Source of the DNA: Eledone cirrhosa
Lineage: Eukaryota
DNA length: 64,000 nt
Direction: 5' to 3'
Assembly: GCA_964016885.1 (NCBI GenBank)
Contig: OZ024743.1
Span: 71,300,001 to 71,364,000, forward strand
A program made the translations under genes and the position numbers. The notes beneath the pieces were generated by a model, which saw only the letters and a list, made by a program, of their open reading frames with translations, was not told where the DNA came from and did not search any database. Below, one piece after another: positions 32,691-46,430 of this stretch; the stretch's first letter is position 1; every line of letters starts with the position of its first letter.

Positions 32691-32878
32691 CCTCAAGGGG
32701 GTTTTCGCCAGTTTGCTAGCATGTGTCGTTGAAACTGATCATCAACAAATATACATGTAGTGAGGTGTAGTGAGGCCAAGTCCAAATTCTAAGTCACAAT
32801 TCAAGACACAATTTACTAATATATCTACAGCTGTTTGATAATTATATGCATCTGTGCAAAACATCCATTCACACACTA

Positions 32879-32958
<80 letters not shown>

Positions 32959-32965
32959 CACTCTC

Positions 32966-33082
<117 letters not shown>

Positions 33083-33211
33083 TATCTATCTATCTTATCT
33101 ATCATATGGATGTATAATATATATATTTCTGGCTGATTCTGTGCGCGTCGATACTGAAGTTTCACTTTTCCGCTTCATCAAATTTCGTTTAATTACGTAC
33201 ACATGTGTGAC

Positions 33212-33295
<84 letters not shown>

Positions 33296-33699
33296 CCCAC
33301 GCACATTCATAAATAAATATGTGTTGCTTGTCTGTGTGTATGCGAATACTTTCAGGCACACACATATATATGTATGTATGTATACATGTCTATATATATG
33401 GATGTATATATGTATGTATATATGTCTTTATGTATATATATGAATGAATACATTTACACACACCAACATCAAAACGTCATGGCAGATATTTACAGACGCC
33501 TTTACAAATATATATGCAAAACATACCCTCAACAGAAATCCAAGAAATAGAAGAACTATCAATAGAAAAATAAAAAAAATTATAATCAACCAAAGAAAAT
33601 ACTGTTAACAGCAACACATCCATTTGCCAGTTATTGCATATTTGATTAAAAATAGCATAACCATCAAAGCATTATGAAGGCCATCATCAATAACCAAAG

Positions 33700-34812
33700 A
33701 ACAGGTGCGGAAGACTGGAGCATTGAGGAAATGAAACTCAATTACAAAGTGTTATTTTAATTTGCCAAAAAGCTGAATATCATTGTCTCCACTGTTGGCC
33801 ACGTGGCTGATGAAAATAATACACGCCACGAGGAGGCTAAATCAACGACTGAGATACTGCAGAAACAATAGTGCTCTAATTTCAACAATCCTGATCTGGT
33901 TGATCTGGATAATATTGAATATGTTAACCCCCAATACACCATATCTGACATAGTGTTTGCTGCCCCTGATATGTTAGTGGCAATAAATAAATTCAAGCAC
34001 AACTCAGCAGTAGACCCCGATAAGTTCCCTGCTAGTGTATTGAAGAATTACCGACATCAGTTTGCATCCTCTCTTGTTAATCGTTGGAGAAACTCACTAT
34101 ATGCAGGCTATATCCTTGAACCTTTTCTGTCATAGTCTGTTGTCCCAGTCTTCAAAAATGGGAACAAGTCCTTTGCAGTGAATTATCGTCCAATTTCTCA
34201 TATCATTAAGGAGAGGGTGGTGAGATTACGAATGACGAACTTACTTGAAAGGAACAGTCTGCTGACTCCAACCAGCATGGGTTCCGTGATGACAAGGACT
34301 GCCAGACGCAGTTTCTGCATCACTTTGATCAGATCCTAAAAGCTTTGGGATATGGCACCAACACGGATATTATTTAACTTGATTTCACGAAGGCCTTCGA
34401 CAAGGTCGACCACAACATCTCGTTGAAGAAACTATCCAACATTGGGGTCTATGGAAAGCTATTGCTGTGGATTAAATGTTTCCTGACACACAGATTTCCT
34501 GACACACAGATTGGGGTTGAAGGAAAACAATAAGTTCAGCCCAAGTCAGTAATGGAATCCCACAAGTCACTGTGCTGAACCCATTTCTTTTCATTATTTA
34601 CATAAATGTCATTATATACGCAGTACGATCCTACTTTTTGCAGATGGTATCAAGCTCCAGAAGGTCATCAACTGAGCGAGAGACCGGACATGCCTTCAAC
34701 CGGATAAGCTCACTGATATTCAATGGGTGGCATTAACAATATGCTAATAAACAAGGATAAATTTGAATTAATCCACTTTGGAAAAGAGAATGAATTGAAG
34801 CTACCATATACT
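33700..34812 (+). pseudogene. Degenerate CR1/L2-group LINE RT fragment
   Basis: Frameshifted motifs NSAVDPDKFPA, NYRPIS, NQHGFR, LDFTKAFDKVDH and FAD, colinear with ORF 738-2045. Confidence 0.85.
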
Positions 34813-34951
34813 TTCCCCACCTCTCTCTCACACGCACAAATAGACCAAAATGGCTGACATAATACGCACTTGTATTTTTTCTCAAATTTCTTTCCATTCC
34901 TTCCTCTTCTCCCTCTTTTTCTTTCTATTTCATCTTTTAGTTCTCATTTTA

Positions 34952-34987
34952 TCTTCTGATGAAGGACTATTGTCCGAAACGCTAAGA
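34952..34987 (+). ncRNA. Minimal hammerhead, cleavage site mutated
   Basis: TCTT CTGATGA A GGAC-TATT-GTCC GAAA CG CT AAGA. Confidence 0.7.
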
Positions 34988-35056
34988 CTCTTTTTTTTAT
35001 TATTTCAAGTGTTAAACTAATATATTTCTTCATTGTATTGTTCATATATCTATATC

Positions 35057-35087
<31 letters not shown>

Positions 35088-35225
35088 TGAGTTAAAAATT
35101 CACAATAGTCCCTTATAATCAAAATAGTTCAAGGAAACAAATTCCGAGACTTATTATACAATAAGCTGTTTGCGTCCCATGTGATTTGAACGTACATATG
35201 TATATATCTGTGTTCGTCTCTCTTT

Positions 35226-35343
<118 letters not shown>

Positions 35344-35555
35344 CAATTATTAAATATGTAAATAAATAAATGCCATTGTTAATTAATAAATAAATTAACT
35401 AATACCTTAACACTTCACAGAAAGTAAAATATTTTGATTTAAACATTTTCTAACACAGAAAAAAGAGAGAAAAAAAAATGTTCTTCCTAATAATCGTCTT
35501 TTTCTCCCTATTTTCATATATATATATACATATATATATATACATATATATATAC

Positions 35556-35616
<61 letters not shown>

Positions 35617-35618
35617 AT

Positions 35619-35947
35619 ATCAATACTATTAATAAATGGAAAATATCTTTATAAAACAATATTTATGTTATTATACATAATTCAAGGATACCAATATTTT
35701 ATTACGCTTTCGTCAGATAAAATACAATATTTGGTTTAAAGATAGTGACATATCTTTATATGAACTTAATGTTATAAGTTCAATGAACTTATAACATTAA
35801 GTTCATATAAAGATATGTCACTATCTTTAAACCAAATATTGTATTTTATCTGACGAAAGCGTAATAAAATATTGGTATCCTTGAATTATGTATAATAACA
35901 TAAATATTGTTTTATAAAGATATTTTCCATTTATTAATATTATTGAT
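35619..35947. repeat. Palindrome, ~160-bp arms, 1-nt spacer at 35783, with a degenerate HHR in each arm (35846-35898 +, 35668-35720 -)
   Basis: Arms are reverse-complementary. TTAT CTGACGA...GAAT TATGTA TA ATAA belongs to the 12358/24368 family. Confidence 0.92.
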
Positions 35948-36039
35948 ATTAATTATACTCCCGAAAAATTCGTTGAGTGCTTCTAGTCCGTTATAAATTA
36001 ACTTTGTTGAATAATCAACAAAACAAATAACTTATTGTT

Positions 36040-36075
<36 letters not shown>

Positions 36076-36079
36076 GTGT

Positions 36080-36163
36080 AACCCCGACGGCAGAGCTCAA
36101 GCCGTTTCGACGGGTATTTCTGGACTGTTATGGTCCATCTGGTTCCTTACCACACCTCCTTCG

Positions 36164-36166
<3 letters not shown>
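36080..36166. mobile_element. Fold-back element family X, internally deleted
   Basis: ACCCCGACGGCAGAGCTCAAGCCGTTTCGACGG..CTGGAC joined to the inverted TGTTATGGTCCATCTGGTTCCTTACC. Confidence 0.75.
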
Positions 36167-36218
<52 letters not shown>

Positions 36219-36467
36219 AGTATGTATGTATACGTACATACATATATGTATACAGACGTACAGTAGCATGCATATATATATATATATACATATATATACA
36301 CATATGCATACAGGTACACATACATATATGCACGCATCAGTTTAGTCGGCGTTTATTATAACGCCGGCCGCTTTGTTCGTTTGTTTGTCAACAAAGCGAA
36401 CAGCCTGAATTTATGCCATACGGTGTTAAGGCAACCACGTCAGCTTTTTGTTCAACACTGACACAGG

Positions 36468-36512
36468 AACGATGTACTAGTTTCAAGCTTGTTAGCTATC
36501 ATCAGCACCGTT
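36468..36512 (-). ncRNA. Minimal type-I hammerhead ribozyme (left arm)
   Basis: Reverse complement of 36835-36879. Confidence 0.88.
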
Positions 36513-36834
36513 TACCCATCTGCCAGATAGTTGAACGTTCGAAAGTATATACTTTCCTTATGAAAATTAACGGCTGAGCAGCCTAATTTGCATATTGAGT
36601 GAGTTATATACATCTGTATACATATATGTATGTACGTATACATACATACTTACATTTAAGTAAGTGCCATACTAAGAGTGAGAAATGAAATTTCGTTTTC
36701 ATTTTTTTCAACTTATCGTTTTCGGTATGCCTGACCGATTTAACTCACTCAATATGCAAATTAGGCTGCTCAGCCGTTAATTTTCATAAGGAAGGTATAT
36801 ACTTTCGAACGTTCAACTATCTGGCAGATGGGTA

Positions 36835-36879
36835 AACGGTGCTGATGATAGCTAACAAGCTTGAAACTAGTACATCGTT
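36835..36879 (+). ncRNA. Minimal type-I hammerhead ribozyme (right arm)
   Basis: AACGGTG CTGATGA T AGCT-AACA-AGCT T GAAA CTAG TA CATCGTT. 7-bp stem I, palindromic CTAG stem III. Confidence 0.9.
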
Positions 36880-37179
36880 CCTGTGTCAGTGTTGAACAAA
36901 AAGGTGACGTGGTTGCCTTAACACCGTATGGCATAAATTCAGGCTGTTCGCTTTGTTGACAAACAAACGAACAAAGCGGCCGGCGTTATAATAAACGCCG
37001 GCTAAACTGATGCGTGCATATATGTATGTGTACCTGTATGCATATGTGTATATATATATATATATGCATGCTACTGTACGTCTGTATACATATATGTATG
37101 TACGTATACATACATACTTACATTTAAGTAAGTGCCATACTAAGAGTGAGAAATGAAATTTCGTTTTCATTTTTTTCAA

Positions 37180-37216
<37 letters not shown>

Positions 37217-37257
37217 TAACATATTTATTAATTTATTATATATATTTATTATATTAG

Positions 37258-37375
<118 letters not shown>

Positions 37376-38189
37376 TATACATACATTTACGTATATAAAG
37401 GTACGTTTTATGTTACAAACGGGAGGAATGGAACCCAATTCACTCTCATTCTGTTCTATATAAATGAAGGCAGTTTTTGTCTCCCTGTTCTTATCAGAAA
37501 AAGTGTCTTCTTATTTAATTGTTTCCCTGTCTTCATGTCTACCTGTTAATCTATCAGTCCGTATTGTCTTGTCTAGCTGTCAGTATGTTTCTCTGTCTAC
37601 ATGTCTATTTCACTACATGTCTATCTACCTACATTTACTAAATCAATAATCCCTAAATTGTGTCTTATTGTTGAACTGAAGAACACTATGATAAAAGTAC
37701 TTAGAAATAAAGGATTAAAATTAGGAAACAGGAAGAGAGAAAAGTGGGGTAGCTGTAAATGAAATAATATAAGGAAGGGGGAAAGTGTAAGTAAGGGGTA
37801 AAACCGGGGTAAAAAGGGGGACAACTCTACACTCTTGACTAAGTGGTATCTGTCAACTGCACTCCACGAACAATAAGAGAACAGCCAGCGACACCCGCTG
37901 CATCAGCCATTCAATCTCGGAATGTTACAAACTCGAGCAAAATGCACATCACCCGATTTTCCGGAGAAAAGCCCAGTCGAGGTCCCGAGGACACTAGATG
38001 TTCGAAAAAGAAAACGGTTGTTCAAGTCCCGCTATTTGAATATCTTCTGTTTCTCTGCGTTACGGGCGGCGTTGATTGAGTTTGTGCTCTAAAATTGGAA
38101 TTGGAGAATTCATAAGCAAATTAGAAGTAAAGTTGATTAAATCAGCCTCAGTATATGACTGGTATTTTAATTTATCAACCCAAGATGGA

Positions 38190-38227
<38 letters not shown>

Positions 38228-38632
38228 ACCCAAGATGGATGATATATATCTATCTATATATATAAAGAAAGAAGAAACATAAATAAATAAATAAATAAAT
38301 ACCTATTATTTCTTCACATTCTCGACTACAGTTTTGTGGCTACTTTGCAAAAATCCTATATCATAGAGATGTAGTATCCTTGTGAGGTTTGCCAACTTAT
38401 CAAGAGAATACCTCATATAAAGTTTCAAAACAGTTCCGTATCGCGCGAGAGATATAATGTATTATATATCTCTGATATAGAGTCAATTTAATTCATTCCG
38501 ATTATTTTGTCCCTCTTAATCATAGAGCAACAACGGTTAAGGTTGGCAACACACAATCTCACATACTTGTGAAAGATATATGTGTGTATATGCATGTATA
38601 TGTATGTATTCCCATGTATCTGTGTATTTCTC

Positions 38633-38816
38633 GGTGGATTGGCAGTATCGGTAGAGGGTCGGACGCTATGCTTTGACGTATAGAGTTACGGCCCTTGCCA
38701 TTCTGAGTTCAAATCCCGCCGAGGTTAACTTTGCCTTTCATCCTTACGGGGTCGATAAAATAAAGTACCAGTAATGCTCTGGGTAATTGCTGGCCTTGTG
38801 CCAAATGTAGAAACAT
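38633..38816 (+). mobile_element. SINE family A
   Basis: Full-length consensus match. Confidence 0.88.
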
Positions 38817-38964
38817 GTATTGTATATATATATATATATCAGGTAGATATTTAAATCATTTTTTAATTTATTTAAAGGATTGTTTAATGTTTGTTTGTTC
38901 TGCTCATCAATTTTTATAGTTCTGGTATCTCCAATTAGTACTCAGTACTCAGTGAGATATTTAC

Positions 38965-39009
<45 letters not shown>

Positions 39010-39035
39010 ATGTATATATATATATATATATAAAA

Positions 39036-39146
39036 CAAAGGAACAAAGTGGACCATAACGCACCAGACTACTCGATACTCAGGGTAGTAGAATGGGCAAT
39101 AGAAAAAGAGTCAGGACCCCGACGGCTGAACTCCGGCCGTTTCGAA
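39036..39146. mobile_element. Family X single arm (no fold-back)
   Basis: GGACCATAACGCACC...GGACCCCGACGGCTGAACTCCGGCCGTTTCGA. Confidence 0.75.
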
Positions 39147-39239
39147 TACACACGGACACACACACACATACACACACACACACAGACACATATATATATA
39201 TCAATTTGTTTCCATACATATTAACTTAACTTCAATTAA

Positions 39240-39543
39240 AGGCCGGATTTAATAGGGGGCAAAGAGGGCAATTTCCCCATACCCCCTGCAGTGGGGTCCC
39301 CACCAGCGACGGCTGTACCAATTTATTTGTGCTCTCGGCTGTGCTTTTTAATTTTAGGATGGTTAGAATTTTTTAAATTTGATACCTATATGTATAACTT
39401 TTCAATTCCAATTATTTGCACCAAGTTAACTTTGATATTGGGAGGTTTGCTGTGTATTCTATTTTTCTTTTTGTGTCTGAGGCCTCCCCCTAAAAGACAA
39501 CAAAAATGGATGTCCCCCCACCCGAGGTCTAAATCCAACCCTG
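39240..39543 (+). mobile_element. MITE family M (hAT-like TIRs)
   Basis: AGGCCGGATTTAATAGGG...GGTCTAAATCCAACCCTG; homologous to 53232-53539 and 56890-57562. Confidence 0.7.
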
Positions 39544-40239
39544 TGTACAGGTATGTATTTAAAATATGATTTACGTCTAGAAAATATAAATTTATTTGGG
39601 AGCAGATGCGAAAAGAGAAAGAAAGAGTAACAGAACCGTCTGATATAGCGGTTATAAATGAAATGGGGTGGGGTACGGGGAGGGGGGAGTAAGAGAGAGT
39701 GAGAGAGAGAGGGAGAGAGAGAGAGAGGGGAGGAGAGAGAGAGAAAGGGGAAGAGAGAGAGAGAGAGAGAGAGAGAGAAGCAGATAGTTTGTGTTCGAGG
39801 GGATAGGAAAAGCTAGAGAGACATTATTGATTTAGAAGGGAGAGGTATGGTATAGCGGGTATAGCGGAGCATAGAATCTAAAATGACTGTAGCAGGTTAA
39901 TTTAGTAAGTAGAGAGGGGAGAAGAGAGAGGAGAAGAGAAAGTGAGAGAGAGGGAGACAGATATATATATATAGAGAGAGAGAGAATGTGGAAGGTGGTG
40001 TATTGAAAATTAAAGTATTGAAAATATTGAAAATTCCTATTTGATTGTGAAAAACATTTCGAATGGAAATGGAAAGAAAGAGAGAAGGGAGGAGGATGTC
40101 AGAATAGGGGGGTGGGTGGTGGTGTTGGATAATCAGTCATTCTACCTTTCCTCTCCTTTCACACTTTCTTCTTTTCCTCTTTCTCTCTTTTTCCATTCAC
40201 AGTATATTTCAACTCTGAGGCAAACAACAATTTAATTAA

Positions 40240-40750
40240 TTCTTTTATTATTATGGTTGATTTTTGTGCAGTTAGATGTTAAACGATCTGGATATTTCAG
40301 TTAGGGAGCAGTCAATAACAAGTTGACAAATTTACCTCACTGTATCCTCTCCTGTGTCTTACATAGACAAAACGTTCCTTAAAATCCTTGCTCTACCAAG
40401 AAGTGTTGCCTTCTGCATAACCTTGCATCAAATACGATTCTATTTACAAAGTCCTCAAAACTGTTCCATTTGCATCTCAATGCTCAGAACCCCATTGGAA
40501 TTACTATAACCTTCTTCATTCCATACAACTTTCCAAACTCCTCTTTCAGTGCTTCATACTCTACTCTCTTGGGACAGGTTTATCGATAATTTGGGCCTCT
40601 TTTTTCTTCTTTTTCACAACTAAAATGTCTGGCCTTCTTGCCTCAATCATTGTATCGCATCGAATGGTAAATTTCCAGAAAAGCTTAAATTTCTCATTCT
40701 CTAACACCCCTTCCGGTCTCTGCTTATACCATTTAGTTACTCTGACAAAC
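40240..40750 (-). mobile_element. R4/Dong-type non-LTR element, 3' fragment (restriction-like endonuclease)
   Basis: Minus-strand translation WYKQRPEGVLENEKFKLFW..IRCDTMIEARRPDILVV ... YEALKEE ... MQKATLLGRARILRNVL*. Confidence 0.75.
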
Positions 40751-40751
40751 C

Positions 40752-42052
40752 CACAGCTGTTACAACACTATGACTAGGTACAAACAACTGCTGGACAACT
40801 CACATGTGGACGTGATATATCTTGACTTTGTGAAGGCCTTTGACAAGGTCGACCACGGAATGATATGTCACAAACTACACAGACTCGGCATAACGGGAAA
40901 GGTAGATGAGTGGCTGCATGACTTCTTAAAAGACAGAAGCCCATACAGTTGCAAACAATGGGGCCCTCCCCAAGGAAACATCAATAACAAGTAGGGTGCC
41001 CCAGGGAACACTCTTGGGACCAGTTCTGTTTTTGGTGGCTCTCTCAGAAATGCCCTCTGTAGTACATACAACATCCCTCACTAGCTATGCTGATGACACA
41101 AATGCAGCACAGGCAATCAAAAACCCGTTCTGGGTGTCATATACAAATGGGTGGAGGACAACAACATGTAGTTTAATGCTGGAAAATTTCAAGTTCTACA
41201 ATACCAACTTGCTAACACAAAGGCAGTACAACACAGCTAAACCGGACCAGGAGGGATCGAAATCCCCATGACGAAATCGATATGAGACCTGGGGATAGAC
41301 ATGAGCACCGATGGATCTTTTTCTTCACATATCATGAGGTTGGCGACAATGTGCAGATGACTCGCTGGCTGGATCTTGAGGATTTTCTGGCAAAGAGATC
41401 GAGAGACCCTGTTGATACTATGGAGGACATTTGTCCTAATCCGACTGGATTAATGCTCCAAACTGTGGTCACCCCATAGTATCAAACTAACCACGGAGCT
41501 TGGGGCAATCCAACGAAGCTATACCAAGAGGATTGCCACGATGGAGATGAGCTAATGAGCTACCGGGAGAGGCTAAAAGAACTGAAACTCTACTCCTTGG
41601 AACGAAGGCGGGAGTGATACGCAGTGATATACATGTGGAAAATCCTGGAGGGACTAGCACCAAACTCTTGCATTGAAAGCTGGACCAACCCTCGAATAGG
41701 ACCTCACTGTGTGGTGCCAAAGATCCCGTCTTTCACATCTAGAATAAGGAGCAGATATTGCAATAGCCTGGTGTTCAAAGGCCCTCAACTCTTCAACAAG
41801 CTGCCAAGAAATTTGAGAGATCTGCATGTTGTGGACGTGGATGTTTTCAAGAAACTGCTTGACACCCTGCTATCCAGGATCCCAGATGAGCCCACAGTGC
41901 TGTACGAAGGTAGCCTAAGAGCAGCATCAACGGACTCTCTCTTATGCTGATGGCCAGCCAAAACAGGCTGGAGATAGAATGTGTAGCAACAAGGGTGGTG
42001 CCCCAGCATAGCCTCACCCGGATGGCTGGAACGGGTAAAAGAGTAAAAGAGT
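40752..42052 (+). mobile_element. CR1/L2-group LINE, 5'-truncated, with 3' end
   Basis: YLDFVKAFDKVDH, PQGTLLGPVLF, YADDT and C-terminal LKLYSLERRR..GPQLFNKLP. Frameshifted. Tail GGTAAAAGAGTAAAAGAGT. Confidence 0.9.
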
Positions 42053-42370
42053 CAGTGAAGGGAAAAGTGGAATGAGCATATATAGTCGGCCTGTATTAGT
42101 TGTAAGAGAAGATGTTAATGATCAACTGAAAGCGATAAGAATCTAGGGGTGTAATAATGGACGGGGTATTAGAGAAATTGGAGATGTGTGTTGAGTCCAA
42201 GAGGGGAATAGGACCCAAGGCGGTGAATCAGACTTTGTTCAGTCCTGGTGTGCGAGGCCTGTGATCCATGATGTAAAAGGACACCAGGACTGAAACATGT
42301 AGGGAAGAATGATCAACCTAATATATCCCTTCCATATACTGTATCGATTGTGTTGTTATTTCTGTTTACC

Positions 42371-42420
<50 letters not shown>

Positions 42421-43419
42421 TCACGTATATACACACCTGCCTCAATATATGTGTGTGTGTGGTAATTGTTGCTGTTTAGTCAAAGGCCATCCCTGGTTGA
42501 ACAACCTCAACGGGAAATATATTCCAACTTTGATGAACCCACCCATTAGTATCTCTAAACTGGCCAACGTGCCATCCATCCTCCTTTTAAACAGAGTGTC
42601 ATTTCAGGGTATTTGGGTGCTAACTTAAGCAGATAAATTAATTGCTAAGATGCTTCCTCACTGGCTAGCTGCTAATAGTATTATCTAGTTGGGGCGTTGA
42701 ATCTCTTTATTGTATTTACACCTTACACAAAACACATTGATTGTAACACACATACATATTTCTATGTACGCATGCATCCATAAGCACACATATCTGTACA
42801 CACACAAGCAAACACCAAAAGACATAAACACACATGCTTTCGTAAAATATGTAGCAACATGTATTTCAGGTAATTTATCAAACAAGCTGTTTCATCATTG
42901 ATCCAGTGTACACCAATAATCAACAGCTGTTGCATTAAATTCGATAATTCATTATGTTTCTCTCATCTCTAAACCCAGCAAAGGACCCCAAATGCTGGAT
43001 TACACTGAAATGTGCAAGCCAAGCAATAATGGCGGCCTCATGACATTTATAAAGTAGAGAGAGACACTACAGACAAAACAAAACACCATTAGATAATAAC
43101 AACATACTGGAAATACAAACCTTCGAAATAACAACAAAGCAAGACGAAACCTCATTGAGTAAAGGATAGAACGTCTCAACCAGCTAGAGACAGACGCTAA
43201 ACTTTCCTCTTTTTCTATGTACGTTCTATTGTTAAAAAAACATGTAATGACACATCGGACAATGTGGTCATGGATGTTGGTATTTCATAATGTATAATTT
43301 CCTGCGTATGTATTATAAATCCCAAACCTAGCAGCTAGGTACAATCTGGTTAATTGTTTATTCCCCATCTCCACATATTCTACAGTTACTTACTCTGTTC
43401 TACTTTATTATTTACGTTC

Positions 43420-43650
43420 GGTGAGGCCGTTAAATTGGCAAAATCGGTAGAGCGTGGGACAACATGCTTTGCGGCATATAGTTACGGTCCATTACGTTCT
43501 GAGTTCAAATCCCACCGAGGTTTAGCTTTGCCTTTCATTCTTACGGGGTCGATAAAATAAAGTACCAGTAATGCACTGAGTTCGATTTAGTCGACTTTCC
43601 CCTTCACCCTACAAATTATTGGCATTGTGCATAAATCCGAAATCATTATT
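43420..43650 (+). mobile_element. SINE family A-related (older subfamily)
   Basis: TTGGCAAAATCGGTAGAG...GAGTTCAAATCCC...GGGGTCGATAAAATAAAGTACCAG. Confidence 0.8.
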
Positions 43651-43659
43651 TACTTTTGG

Positions 43660-44165
43660 TGGATTCTGGCTTTGATTTTGTGCTGCAATTAGAAATCCTT
43701 CAGTCGCAGCTTGTGTCCAAAGCTTCTTAGTCGTTGTTAGGAATGTTCCTTGTCTATTTCATCCTTATTCAGCTATTTCCAATATTGGCAATGTAGAGCT
43801 TTTTCTTGGCATCAATTTAACATAGCATTCTTCAGATCTACTTTCAATTCCAGTTCTTATTTCTTCTTTCTTTTTCAATATTTTCTTCATAACTATCTCT
43901 CAATTCAGCTTTTATTTTTTACTTGTTGGTTTCCTTGAAGACAGAGAACAATTCTTTACTTTCTTTATGCCTCGTAGTCATTTATATTAACTGCCCATTA
44001 TTTTTCATTAGATATTCTTTTAGTCCTACAATGAATATTTTATAATAGGTTTCTAGGCACAACCTTTCTACACCCGATTGTGGGTGCTCTATTCTAAATG
44101 TAGTAATTATTTTTCTTGTTTTTCTCTTTAGTCCTGTTGATTCTTTTAGTGTTCGGTCAGTATAT
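43660..44165 (-). mobile_element. R4/Dong-type element, internal fragment (post-RT region)
   Basis: Minus-strand motifs TRKIITTFRIEHPQSGVERL and ATEGFLIAAQNQS resemble the R4/Dong HP.S..RL and TEG..AAQDQ blocks. Confidence 0.6.
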
Positions 44166-44249
44166 TGAAACTGTAGCTTATAAATTGGATTGTAAGAGTA
44201 TTAATGTCTATTACCTTATTCTTTACATTTAGTTCTGTCTTAAGAATTA

Positions 44250-44623
44250 TCTTTAGGTACCATTTTAGAAGGAGAATCAGAGTGGAGAGAGAGGTACTGC
44301 ACCCCAGTAAATTTACTGAAACTGGGTGAATGTGGCAAAAATGGCCCGAATGATTGGGCCTTCTTTGTATATAAACCTGTAGGTTGAAGAAGAGAGCAAA
44401 AGGAAGAAAGGAGCACTTGTACAACACGCTCCTGAAGTTGAGGGTTGTTCTCTCGACGGGGTATTAAACAACCCATTTGTAACGCCTCCCCACTATTGGG
44501 GATTTAGATTGTTGAATTTGTTTGTTTAAACATTTTTTTTTTACACGATGGTATGTAAAATCCCCGGCATATGTCCTTGTATTGTCCTCTTTTCTTGTGC
44601 GTCCTTGTGGCAAATAAAGAAAT
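44250..44623 (+). mobile_element. L1/Tx1 3' fragment related to 7258-10337
   Basis: FRYHFRRRIRVEREVLHPS matches 9940-10000; 3' end GTGGCAAATAAAGAAA followed by TATATCT. Confidence 0.85.
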
Positions 44624-45575
44624 ATATCTTAATGCACCTACAGTATTCCTTCCTCTCTTGATTCCTGACTGTTTGCATGACTATTTTTGGTCTAAATCTC
44701 TTATTTCAGTAACTTTATTTAGTGCGGTGTTAGTTATTTTTGATAGGTTTTTTCCTCTGAAGTGTTGCTATCGTGGAGGAGGAAGATAGTATATTTTAAT
44801 AGCTATGTAATTGCCAGGTATATGTAAATAAAACAAGAGATAAGTAATGGGTGAATCACCCCACCATTCTCCTGAATCACGTTATCCTGTCTATTATATG
44901 CGATTATTCAATTAAACGATTATTAATAGAGATGTGATTGTATGGTTTATATACCGGACGTATCTGCCCTGATACTTCACAAGGAAAACTTAGGTTTGCG
45001 ACCCATATCACGTCAGCTTGTATTTAAAGTTTACATACAGTTCAGTTCACTTCTTTCTATTTCTGGAATCAAATGTTTATCTGAAAATTGAGTGAAATGA
45101 CCAAATAACAGCAGTAAAGGAAACAGTTGGGTATTTTAATTCCCTAAACTGTTGGGAGCCATCTTGTGACCAGGAGGTGTAGCTAAATAAGACTAATAAA
45201 GTATTATAGAAATGCACAAAATTGATAGACACAAAAAGCATAAGATAAAAAGAAAAAAAGCACACACAAAAACTCAATAAAATCACGAAGATTATACACA
45301 AATAATAACAAAAAAATGAAAGAAGAAGCAAGATTAAGGTTGATAATCAGCTTTAGGACAGAAGTTGTTGTTTGAAGAAATTTTCTAAATTTAGTTAGAA
45401 TATTTCTGAAATGATTAGTAAAAAATGAGGATACACATGGTCAAATAAGTATTGCTATTTCTGGAGGTTTATTGATTGTAAGTGTATGGGGAAAGTAAAT
45501 TACTCATACACATATATATACGTAAAGACACAAACATGCACATGCACTCACACACTCATATATGGTGATATATAT

Positions 45576-45893
<318 letters not shown>

Positions 45894-46430
45894 GAGAGAG
45901 ATAATTTCAGTTTAAAATAACCTTCGATAGAAATGGAATCACACACCTCCTGCTGTGTGCGCCAATGTGTTTGTCATTTAAACTGCAGCGATATTTCTAT
46001 TTCTTCAGTATGACCCTTAATATATGTTTTGACTTCATGCTGAGAGTCCATAATAACAACTATATTTCTCAGGGGGTCGATACTTTCCTGCACCGTGAAT
46101 GATATTGGAATATCCTACTTCATGAGGGGGACACTATCTTCCTAATGATAAGATATAGGCTACATTACAGTTTATTGATATAACGTATCTATAAGAAGGT
46201 GAATTATTTCAGAATTCAGGTAACAATATAATTTCATGGCCGTTATATCGTTAAAAGATGGTTTTCTACGAATAATGTATTAGTTATCTCAGTGGCTGCT
46301 GTGGCTTAAGTCAAATATCTTGAAATTTATAGTCTTTGGAATGATTCTTGTGAATGTTTCGTCAGTAGATTCTTCACGATTTACAGGTCACTGCTTATAT
46401 GAAGTAATTTATTTATAAATACTATTCTTC

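Larger units (their letters stand above)
36214..37184. mobile_element. HHR-bearing element: ~390-bp inverted arms (36214-36606 / 36741-37123) plus a 104-bp direct repeat (36613-36716 = 37081-37184)
   Basis: Direct comparison of the arms; flanked by (TA)n. Confidence 0.88.

Noticed and set aside
37840-38090. GC-richer unique island as an exon (78-aa ORF)
   Set aside because: No recognisable domain or convincing splice sites; may be a retroelement 5' UTR.
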